DNA of 64,000 bases, taken from contig JACOTW010000012.1 of the NCBI GenBank assembly GCA_016178135.1, forward strand, positions 1,064 to 65,063. The letters are read 5' to 3'. Below, one piece after another: positions 36,378 through 43,121 of this stretch. The stretch is from Candidatus Saccharimonadota bacterium. GTDB lineage: Bacteria > Patescibacteriota > Saccharimonadia > Saccharimonadales > JACOTW01. The notes under the pieces were generated by a model that was given only the letters and a program-made list of their open reading frames with translations, ran no database searches and was not told the origin of the DNA. The position numbers and the translations under genes are program-made. Every line of letters begins with the position of its first letter. Positions within the stretch are counted from its first letter, which is position 1.

Positions 36378-36584
36378 CTAGTGTTTACGCGGTTTTACTT
36401 CGTTGCGACCTAATGATTTTTTGGTTTCGACGTATAAGACATGTTTGCGCAGTACGGGATCATATTTGCGAAGAGATAATTTATCTGGCGTATTCATGGT
36501 ATTTTTGGTCGTGTAATAATGTCGGCCTCCACTAGCTTCGGATACCATACCTATGATTTTTCGTTTGTCGCCTTTTTTTGCCAT
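36378..36584 (-). CDS. rpmG: 50S ribosomal protein L33 (Cys-less form, C-terminal extension)
   Basis: [55 protein letters not shown]. Confidence 0.85.
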   Translation of the reverse strand: MAKKGDKRKIIGMVSEASGGRHYYTTKNTMNTPDKLSLRKYDPVLRKHVLYVETKKSLGRNEVKPRKH

Positions 36585-36628
36585 AACTCAAAAAGTTTAA
36601 CAGATTAGAATAGAATATGCAATATCTA

Positions 36629-36785
36629 TTGGTCTTACGTAAAATCTCTTGTCTCCAGGGTGAATCGGCTCGAGCGAAAACGGTTTTATCCGAAGGAGAC
36701 GTACCCGAGCACATCGATAGTCGATAGAACTGTTTGTAGTCGAGATTAGTCGGTATAGGAATAAGGGAGTTCTAGCTAAGTTCAG
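36629..36785 (-). mobile_element. Family-A element, copy A10 (degenerate termini), between tRNA-Thr and rpmG
   Basis: TTGGTCTTACGTAAAATC...GGGAGTTCTAGCTAAGTTCAG. Ends 3 nt from the tRNA-Thr 3' end. Confidence 0.75.
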
Positions 36786-36788
36786 GTT

Positions 36789-36863
36789 TGGAGCCGTTGA
36801 CGAGAGTTGAACTCGTGACCCCCTCCTTACCATGGAGGTGCTCTACCACTGAGCTACAACGGC
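36789..36863 (-). tRNA. tRNA-Thr (anticodon GGU), CCA encoded
   Basis: Reverse complement GCCGTTGTAGCTCAGTGGTAGAGCACCTCCATGGTAAGGAGGGGGTCACGAGTTCAACTCTCGTCAACGGCTCCA. Confidence 0.9.
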
Positions 36864-36928
36864 AAATTTAACCTGATAATAGTAGCAAATTTACTTCGTT
36901 TTTGCTACACTTTAGAACTGTTACGAGT

Positions 36929-37004
36929 GCCACCTTAGCTCAGTGGCTAGAGCAACACTTTTGTAAAGTGAAGGTCGTCGGTTCGAATCCGACAGGTGGC
37001 TCCA
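36929..37004 (+). tRNA. tRNA-Thr (anticodon UGU), CCA encoded
   Basis: GCCACCTTAGCTCAGTGGCTAGAGCAACACTTTTGTAAAGTGAAGGTCGTCGGTTCGAATCCGACAGGTGGCTCCA. Confidence 0.9.
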
Positions 37005-37013
37005 GTTTTAAAC

Positions 37014-37099
37014 GCAGGGTTAGTGAAGCGGTCAAACACGGCAGACTGTAAATCTGCTGGCTTATGCCTTCGTAGGTTCGAATCCTACACCCTGCACCA
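37014..37099 (+). tRNA. tRNA-Tyr (anticodon GUA), long variable arm, CCA encoded
   Basis: GCAGGGTTAGTGAAGCGGTCAAACACGGCAGACTGTAAATCTGCTGGCTTATGCCTTCGTAGGTTCGAATCCTACACCCTGCACCA. Confidence 0.9.
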
Positions 37100-37163
37100 A
37101 AGCCCTTATGCTGGCCTTGTCTATAAACTTGAGTTATACTAAAATTACATAAAGGAGTAAAAC

Positions 37164-37538
37164 ATGGCTCGCATCAATGAAGTACTACCAATAGTTGTCG
37201 ACCCAAATCATGAACGATTTGGACATATAGGTGAAATGGTTTTCTCAGGTGCTTCTGGTGACGGGACCTGCATCATTAAGTTTGAAGATGGAGAAGAAGC
37301 TCATCTTAATGATGGTTGGCTAACAGGTGTACCGCAGTTTGTAGCACCATTACGAACTGAAGAAGCTGGAGTTCGTCGACTTAAAGACGCATTACCAGAG
37401 ATGCAAAAAGCTCTTAGAGAGCTAGCCGACAAAGTAACTGAGCCGAGAAAGCAACCCCCAGCCGAGGAGACACTTACTACACGTGCAGGTTTCGTTGCCC
37501 TAATTAATAAAGTGCTTTTTGAGACAACAACCAAATAA
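37164..37538 (+). CDS. Hypothetical protein (island cassette 1)
   Basis: 124-aa ORF with AAAGGAG SD 7 nt upstream. Confidence 0.5.
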   Translation: MARINEVLPIVVDPNHERFGHIGEMVFSGASGDGTCIIKFEDGEEAHLNDGWLTGVPQFVAPLRTEEAGVRRLKDALPEMQKALRELADKVTEPRKQPPAEETLTTRAGFVALINKVLFETTTK

Positions 37539-37567
37539 TCCAGGGAGTTTTTTGTTATACTCAGTGT

Positions 37568-38103
37568 ATGGAGAAACCTAAACTACTGCTCATAAAAACT
37601 GGCGGAACGATCGATGGTTGCGTACCTGAATATATATAGAGATTGAGCAAATTGCTAATCTTTTCAATGATTCAGTTAACTTCAGCAAACACATTACTCA
37701 AAGCTTTAAAGCTGCCGTTCAGTTTTCAGAATTCGAAGTCTGCAAGAAGGATAGTCGTAGTATAACTGATAGCGACCGAAGAATTATAAGTGAGGTCATT
37801 GGGCGTGAATTTCAGCAAGGCACTAAGAAGTTTCTGATTACACACGGTACATTTACAATGTCTGAGACAGGTGAATTTCTCATAAACAATCTGCCTAAGG
37901 ATGTTCTGGCTAGTTCCACCATCATATTAACTGGCGCAATGTATCCATGGAACGTTTATGGGTCTGACGCCCCAATGAACTTGGGAGCGTCTATATCCCA
38001 ATTAATTTCCGAGCATGTCAGTGGTGTTTGGATCTGTATGCACGGAAAGTTATTTGACCCACGAAAAGTTAATAAAGATGCTGAAAAGCGTATATTTGAG
38101 TAG
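37568..38103 (+). pseudogene. L-asparaginase-like gene interrupted by a +2 frameshift in a (TA)4 tract
   Basis: Frame 2: MEKPKLLLIKTGGTIDG...EYI then a stop at 37637-39. The next frame continues ...FLITHGTFTMSETG...ILTGAMYP... Deleting one TA restores a 177-aa ORF. Confidence 0.7.
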
Positions 38104-38125
38104 ATCGAGCAAGCGCAAAAAGTAA

Positions 38126-38166
38126 AGTTCTGACCTCAGACATGACCCTGCACCAAAGCATAAGCA
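38126..38166 (+). repeat. tRNA-Tyr 3'-end-like direct repeat R1
   Basis: AGTTCTGACCTCAGACATGACCCTGCACCAAAGCATAAGCA. A 15-nt exact match (ACCCTGCACCAAAGC) to 37089-37103. Confidence 0.8.
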
Positions 38167-38189
38167 CTATAGACTGTGCTTATTTTTTT
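38160..38189 (+). terminator. Rho-independent terminator
   Basis: ATAAGCAC-TATAGACT-GTGCTTAT followed by TTTTTT. Confidence 0.7.
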
Positions 38190-38205
38190 GGCTACAATGT
38201 TGCAC

Positions 38206-39072
38206 ATGAATAAAAAACAACATGGTTTCAGTATCGTTGAATTGTTAATTATATTAGTCGTACTGGGAGCCATAGGGCTTGTAGGGTGGAAGGTTTTCTA
38301 TAGTTCCAGTAGCAATAACATTAACTCTAACACTGGCTCGCAGTCACAGGCTGCAAAAACAGGATCGGGAGAGGAGTCACAAGGCTCGATCTGGCAACAA
38401 ACTGCCACAGGTTGGGAAGCGATCAAAAAAGCACCAGATTGTCCAACTCAGCCAATGCTTAAAGCTCCAGCAGACATTAGTAAAGTCACGGCGATCTTGT
38501 ATCCAGGACAAACAAGAGGTGGTAACTACAAGCCACACGGTGGTTTTCGTTTCGATACTGCCAATGACAATATGGTTACAGTAACGGCTCCACTGGAAGG
38601 CTACATCGTGAAGGGCACACGTTATATTGCTGATGGAGAGAATGAAGTCCAGTATGGTTTTGATATTATGAACAATTGTGGAATTATGTATCGCGTTGGT
38701 CACCTGCGTGAATTACCTGGTAATTTACAGAAAATAGCTGATACATTTCCTGCCCCGAGTTCAAGTTCTATGAACACGAACGTAAACCCCGCAGTATTCA
38801 TAAAACAGGGCGAAGTGTTAGCTACCAAAGTAGGAATAATTTCGGCTCATAATACATTTTTTGACTGGGGTGTCTACGACTACCGCAAAGCAAATGAGGC
38901 CAGTAAGTCGGCAGCTTATCAATCGGCACACGCTGAGGACAAAGAGCTGGCATGGCATGCAGTATGTTGGTTACAAGATGGCTGGTTACCGAACACAGAC
39001 CAGACCAAACTGGTCGCCTTACCTGCAGGCGACCCAACAAGTGGCAAAAAAAGTGACTACTGTAAGCAGTAA
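38206..39072 (+). CDS. Type IV pilin-like protein (prepilin-type N-terminal motif) with an unassigned globular domain
   Basis: MNKKQHG|FSIVELLIILVVLGAIGLVG matches the class III signal / N-methylation motif G-F-(S/T)-x-x-E. Confidence 0.7.
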   Translation: MNKKQHGFSIVELLIILVVLGAIGLVGWKVFYSSSSNNINSNTGSQSQAAKTGSGEESQGSIWQQTATGWEAIKKAPDCPTQPMLKAPADISKVTAILYPGQTRGGNYKPHGGFRFDTANDNMVTVTAPLEGYIVKGTRYIADGENEVQYGFDIMNNCGIMYRVGHLRELPGNLQKIADTFPAPSSSSMNTNVNPAVFIKQGEVLATKVGIISAHNTFFDWGVYDYRKANEASKSAAYQSAHAEDKELAWHAVCWLQDGWLPNTDQTKLVALPAGDPTSGKKSDYCKQ

Positions 39073-39074
39073 AA

Positions 39075-39115
39075 AGTTCGGACCTCAGCAATGATGCTGC
39101 ACCAAGGCATAAGCA
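39075..39115 (+). repeat. tRNA-Tyr 3'-end-like direct repeat R2
   Basis: AGTTCGGACCTCAGCAATGATGCTGCACCAAGGCATAAGCA. Confidence 0.7.
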
Positions 39116-39134
39116 ATGTAATATAAAGGACATC

Positions 39135-39236
39135 ATGGACACAATTATCGTAATTCTGCTTGGTATCATTGTTCTTCAGCTTGGCTTGATTAGAATACGA
39201 ATCGACAAAGTTAACGATCATTCACGCAAAAAGTAA
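39135..39236 (+). CDS. Candidate 33-aa single-TM peptide
   Basis: MDTIIVILLGIIVLQLGLIRIRIDKVNDHSRKK. AAAGGA upstream. Below the ORF-track cutoff. Confidence 0.3.
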   Translation: MDTIIVILLGIIVLQLGLIRIRIDKVNDHSRKK

Positions 39237-39277
39237 AGTTCTGGTTTTTACCATAATACTCCGTCTAGTCATAAGTA
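39237..39277 (+). repeat. tRNA-Tyr 3'-end-like direct repeat R2b (degenerate)
   Basis: The preceding 19 nt CGCAAAAAGTAAAGTTCTG are identical to those at R1. Then ...ACCATAATACTCCGTCTAGTCATAAGTA. Confidence 0.5.
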
Positions 39278-39301
39278 TTTCACAATGTTACGATTGGTGT
39301 C

Positions 39302-39520
39302 ATGAAGTTAATAAAATATGTGTGGCTTGGCAGCATATTAGCTGGAATACTGTTATTTATCGATGATATAGCTGGGACCGATGTAGAAAATGGCGAAGGG
39401 TTGGTCGTAGCCAACAAAGGACTCCTAACAGGTATATACAGCTGGAGATTATTGGCATTAACAGGGATGGTTTTTTTAATAACTTCTTTATTGTTAGTTC
39501 TTAGGATGAGACGCAAATAG
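39302..39520 (+). CDS. Small membrane protein (2 TM)
   Basis: 72-aa ORF with hydrophobic N- and C-terminal helices. Confidence 0.4.
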   Translation: MKLIKYVWLGSILAGILLFIDDIAGTDVENGEGLVVANKGLLTGIYSWRLLALTGMVFLITSLLLVLRMRRK

Positions 39521-39559
39521 TTCTATCGGCGTCGATCACGCTGTACCAAAACATAAGTA
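39519..39559 (+). repeat. tRNA-Tyr 3'-end-like direct repeat R3
   Basis: AGTTCTATCGGCGTCGATCACGCTGTACCAAAACATAAGTA. Confidence 0.6.
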
Positions 39560-39587
39560 CTATCAATCTTTATGTTATTGTTAAGAT

Positions 39588-39827
39588 ATGAAAAAATTTA
39601 TTAGTTTTGCCGTCATTATAATCATATTTATTGCAGTTGGAGTTTACATATGGCAAAGAGATAAAAAAGACCCGCGAACTCAAGACGAAGCCACCAAACA
39701 GGCACAAGAATACAAGCCAGAAGGAACATGCACTCAAGCGTTGGTTTCAGCAGTCCATAAGGCAACAGGTGCAAAATATACATTTAATAGTGGCTGTCTT
39801 GCGCCCGGCTGGGAGCCAGAACGATAA
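39588..39827 (+). CDS. Small membrane-anchored/secreted protein
   Basis: 79-aa ORF. N-terminal MKKFISFAVIIIIFIAVGVYIW anchor. Confidence 0.45.
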   Translation: MKKFISFAVIIIIFIAVGVYIWQRDKKDPRTQDEATKQAQEYKPEGTCTQALVSAVHKATGAKYTFNSGCLAPGWEPER

Positions 39828-39901
39828 GGAATAAATTTCTGGGTTCTAGAGGACTGTCCTCTAACAGATAGTAAGGAGTTGGTTTCAGAAGGCCGTCCTC
39901 T

Positions 39902-39945
39902 AGATTCTGACCTCACCCAAGATGCGGCACCATTTGACAGTATGT
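39902..39945 (+). repeat. tRNA-Tyr 3'-end-like direct repeat R4
   Basis: AGATTCTGACCTCACCCAAGATGCGGCACCATTTGACAGTATG. Confidence 0.55.
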
Positions 39946-39968
39946 AATTCTAGCTGCAATATGAATGG

Positions 39969-40250
39969 ATGATTAGACATCTACGCTGTGAACCTGTTCT
40001 GGACTCGGAACTTGAAGATTGTTTTAATAATGTAGAAAGCTTAGTCGCAGCAAAAATAGCTGCAGAGCAAATATCAGGCACAAACCAGCGTGTGGATTTG
40101 GCTGCAGTCCGGATTATTGAAATTTTCAATAGAGCTGCCGATGAAGGTACGTGCTCCGCTCGTTTAATACTCAACTCCGAAGGTATTTTCGGGCCAGCCT
40201 GCCCACTTAGTATAGATGCATGCCCGTATCAAGCAGCTACTGAGAGTTAG
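39969..40250 (+). CDS. Hypothetical protein
   Basis: 93-aa ORF. Confidence 0.35.
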   Translation: MIRHLRCEPVLDSELEDCFNNVESLVAAKIAAEQISGTNQRVDLAAVRIIEIFNRAADEGTCSARLILNSEGIFGPACPLSIDACPYQAATES

Positions 40251-40331
40251 AAAAATCAATGTCATGCAGTAGGGTTTCCAATTACGAATAACCAAATAAT
40301 TGTACTGAACGGTGCAGCCAATTGGCAAAAA

Positions 40332-40526
40332 GTGCCGTATGCACCATACGAACAAGTGCCTGAGCGTGTCTGGAGGTTTGATGGAACTACAGATGTGCAT
40401 GCAGTTACAGGTAAGGGATACACATCACGTAACCGTTTATTGGTATACGCGGATGGTGAAGATACTAAGTTCACCCAAATTTTTGAAGACGAGTACGACC
40501 CGGCTCCAGAGACATCGCAGATATAG
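40332..40526 (+). CDS. Hypothetical protein (start uncertain; frame open from 40251)
   Basis: 64-aa ORF from GTG. Acidic C-terminus. Confidence 0.35.
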   Translation: MPYAPYEQVPERVWRFDGTTDVHAVTGKGYTSRNRLLVYADGEDTKFTQIFEDEYDPAPETSQI

Positions 40527-40544
40527 CCCCCGCAAAACAAATTC
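40522..40544 (+). repeat. Orphan family-B left terminus
   Basis: TATAGCCCCCGCAAAACAAATTC, 23/23 identical to the B1/B2 terminus. No matching right end nearby. Confidence 0.8.
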
Positions 40545-40568
40545 CCTCACACGGCTTTTATATAGAGT

Positions 40569-40607
40569 AGTTATCGACCTCGACCAAGACCCTGCACAAT
40601 GCAACTC
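40569..40607 (+). repeat. tRNA-Tyr 3'-end-like direct repeat R5
   Basis: AGTTATCGACCTCGACCAAGACCCTGCACAATGCAACTC. Confidence 0.6.
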
Positions 40608-40636
40608 AAAGCTAACCTAGATGCTATAATCGCACT

Positions 40637-40882
40637 ATGGAATTACTAGGATATATTGGCACAGTACTTACTATTACCGCCTTTTTGCCTCAAACTCTAC
40701 AAACGATTAAAACTCGTCAAACGAGAGATATATCCCTACTGACATATATTATTCTTGTGATTAGTGCTTTGGTATGGACGATATATGGTATCGGGACACA
40801 TGCCGCCCCCATTGCTATTACAAATAGCGTGGTCTTCTTGTCGAGCTCAGTGATTCTATTTCTCAAAATAATCGAAAAATAG
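40637..40882 (+). CDS. SemiSWEET / PQ-loop family small sugar transporter
   Basis: 81 aa, 3 TM. AFLPQTLQTIKT PQ motif. Confidence 0.7.
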   Translation: MELLGYIGTVLTITAFLPQTLQTIKTRQTRDISLLTYIILVISALVWTIYGIGTHAAPIAITNSVVFLSSSVILFLKIIEK

Positions 40883-40886
40883 CCCA

Positions 40887-40920
40887 AGTTTCAGTAATAA
40901 ACATGCACCATAACCGTATG
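40887..40920 (+). repeat. tRNA-Tyr 3'-end-like direct repeat R6 (degenerate)
   Basis: AGTTTCAGTAATAAACATGCACCATAACCGTATG. Confidence 0.45.
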
Positions 40921-40970
40921 TGTAATGGATAAATGACGTCAATCTGTTCTTTTTTTGCTAAGATGAATTT

Positions 40971-41527
40971 ATGATTGCAATACCACAGGAACTAATTAAG
41001 GAAATTTCTGATCGTAATAATTCTGGCGTTCTCCTAGTGGCCGTCGATGAGGTGCGGAGGTGCGGGGAAAAGTACGGCTGCAACAGAACTAGCTTCTAAG
41101 CTAGAGGGTAGTCAGATAGTACATATTGACGACTTCTATAAACCAAAGGAACAGAGGATGGAAATAACCGACCAAACTCCAGTTCACATTAATTTTGAGT
41201 TTGAACGGTTAAAACAAGAAGTGCTTGAACCTTTGGGGCGTTTGACCGTAGCTAAACCATACTTCTGCCGGGGAACAGCTCAAAGCTCAACCGAATGGTA
41301 TTGTTGTTGTTGAGGGCCTCGGGACATTGGGAACGGAGCTTAGAGACTATTTCGACTACAAGATTTGGGTCGACTCTCCCGAAGCCATAAGGCGACAACG
41401 AGGCATTGGGCGTGATACTGTGGAATGGACAAGAGTTTGGGACGAAGAATACCTGCCCCAAGATGCTCGTTATGTCAATGAACAGGCACCCCAGAATGTA
41501 GCTGACTGGATACTGAGAAATGAGTAA
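40971..41527 (+). pseudogene. Uridine-kinase-like P-loop kinase broken by two +1 frameshifts
   Basis: Frame 0: MIAIPQELIKEISDRNNSGVLLVAVD. Frame +1: CGGAGKSTAATELA...HIDDFYKP. Frame +2: NGIVVVVEGLGTLGTELRDYFDYKIWVD... Confidence 0.7.
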
Positions 41528-41582
41528 TATTGATACTGCAGCATCCTGGGGATAGGCAGCTTTGGCCAAGTCCAGCTAAAGT

Positions 41583-42236
41583 CTAGATAATAACTCGCTT
41601 GGGGCGTAGAACTCGGCGTGGCTTGGCTGAGCTAGAGACATGTTTCTTGATGCGTTCTTTTATTTGATCAGCTTCGGCCTGCATACCGGCAACTTCATAA
41701 GCGTGAGCTAATAATCCGTAGCTTTCCTGATTCGGCTCAAGTTTAACGGCTCGCTCTAGTTCGTCAAGCATGAGTTTGAAGTTACCCAGTTTTTCTTGAA
41801 CTTTTGCATAGGCAATATGTCTTGCGGCCAGCTCTTCTTCGAGCTTTAGTGCCTCCTCAAAAGCGGTGGCTGCTTTTTGGTAGTTTTCTGTTTCATAATA
41901 TATTAGTCCTAGATTGTGCAGACTTGAGGCCGTGGGCTCAATACTCGAAGCGATTTCAAAACAATCAATAGCGTCTTTGTATTCTCGTTGCTTAGCATAC
42001 AGAATACCTAAACGGTTGTAGGCGGCAGCGTTTTTTTCATCAATCTTAAGAATTGTCAGCAAAGCTTTTTCGGCCCTCAAAAATCTGTTTTCACGCATAC
42101 CCTGGTGAGCAATGTCCCAAAGCTTGCCTAGTTTATCGCTTATTTTACGCGATAGAACTGAAAGTTCTTCATCGCGAATGCGCGTATTGCGATAAACTAA
42201 AATTCCAAATCCTACCACCAAAGCAAGTTCATACAT
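41583..42236 (-). CDS. TPR-repeat protein with N-terminal TM anchor
   Basis: AAYNRLGILYAKQREYKDAIDCFEIASSIEP and further 34-aa repeats. Confidence 0.75.
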   Translation of the reverse strand: MYELALVVGFGILVYRNTRIRDEELSVLSRKISDKLGKLWDIAHQGMRENRFLRAEKALLTILKIDEKNAAAYNRLGILYAKQREYKDAIDCFEIASSIEPTASSLHNLGLIYYETENYQKAATAFEEALKLEEELAARHIAYAKVQEKLGNFKLMLDELERAVKLEPNQESYGLLAHAYEVAGMQAEADQIKERIKKHVSSSAKPRRVLRPKRVII

Positions 42237-42251
42237 GATTCCGTAATTATA

Positions 42252-43121
42252 CTACAGACTGACCATAAGTGAACTTAATAATAGCTTAATATTGGGTTTG
42301 TGTTTAAGCGATGTTTCGGCTTTAAAAAGTTCTTGCATTCGCAAATGCCAGCGTTTGCTCAAAGTCAAGTCGCCTTTTTCGATAGATTGAATCAGCGCCG
42401 CTCGGCTAACTTGTTTTAGTGCGTAGAAAAGCGAGGTAAGTTCTTCTTTTTTACCAACAAGACTATCGACTTCTATCAGTCGCTGATACGTGGTTGATCC
42501 CAGGAGCTTTTTAGCCAGATTCACATGTTGGTTCAATATGTTTTCTGTGTTTTGAGTCAAGAGGCTGTGCATTAGTCCAATCTGCCCACTACTTACGTGG
42601 TATGCTCGAACGATTTCTTGATTGGTAATTCCCTGCTTGCTAAAAAAATCAATAAGCTCTGTTTTTGATGGAGCGAGTAAACGGGCGTGCTGTACCCTTG
42701 AATATATCGTACTACGCAAACCACGTTCGCCATTTTCGGTTAGGATGATTCTTGTATCAAGTGGCGGCTCTTCTAGTATTTTTAAAAGAGCATTTTGAGC
42801 TTCTATGGTCATACTTTCTGAATTTTCTATTACAATAACCCGACGAATCGTTGCTTTGCCCGATGTTTTAAGTTGAAGAAAATGCCGCAAATCTCGTACA
42901 GCATCGATGCCAAGTGAATTTTCACCCCCCCGTAAACGCATGAATCCTGGATTGATAATAAGCTTGTCGAGCTTGACATCAAGTAATCTACCGGCAAGAT
43001 TTAATGCTACGAATTTTTTGCCCGCGCCATTTGGACCACTGATGAGCAGGGCGTGTGCTTGGCTTTTAATGAATTGCTCAAGTTGTGCGGAAACTGTTTT
43101 ATTTATTAATAAGTCCATCAC
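42252..43121 (-). CDS. holB: DNA polymerase III delta' subunit
   Basis: LLISGPNGAGKKF, AQNALLKILEEPP. Confidence 0.75.
   Translation of the reverse strand: MMDLLINKTVSAQLEQFIKSQAHALLISGPNGAGKKFVALNLAGRLLDVKLDKLIINPGFMRLRGGENSLGIDAVRDLRHFLQLKTSGKATIRRVIVIENSESMTIEAQNALLKILEEPPLDTRIILTENGERGLRSTIYSRVQHARLLAPSKTELIDFFSKQGITNQEIVRAYHVSSGQIGLMHSLLTQNTENILNQHVNLAKKLLGSTTYQRLIEVDSLVGKKEELTSLFYALKQVSRAALIQSIEKGDLTLSKRWHLRMQELFKAETSLKHKPNIKLLLSSLMVSL

Noticed and set aside
39631-39834. 67-aa ORF overlapping 39588..39827 in another frame, and the antisense ORFs 38377..38703, 38822..39169, 39280..39516, 39734..39916, 39950..40174, 40164..40540 and 41252..41569.
   Set aside because: These are alternative-frame or antisense ORFs in the island. 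The co-oriented plus-strand ORFs fit the cassette boundaries and have signal/TM features. They were not reported as genes.
37100-41550. Is this a classical integron?
   Set aside because: There is no intI gene, no attI, and the junction repeats lack the attC R''/L''-L'/R' palindromic organisation. They resemble the tRNA-Tyr 3' end instead. It is reported as a tRNA-anchored cassette array.
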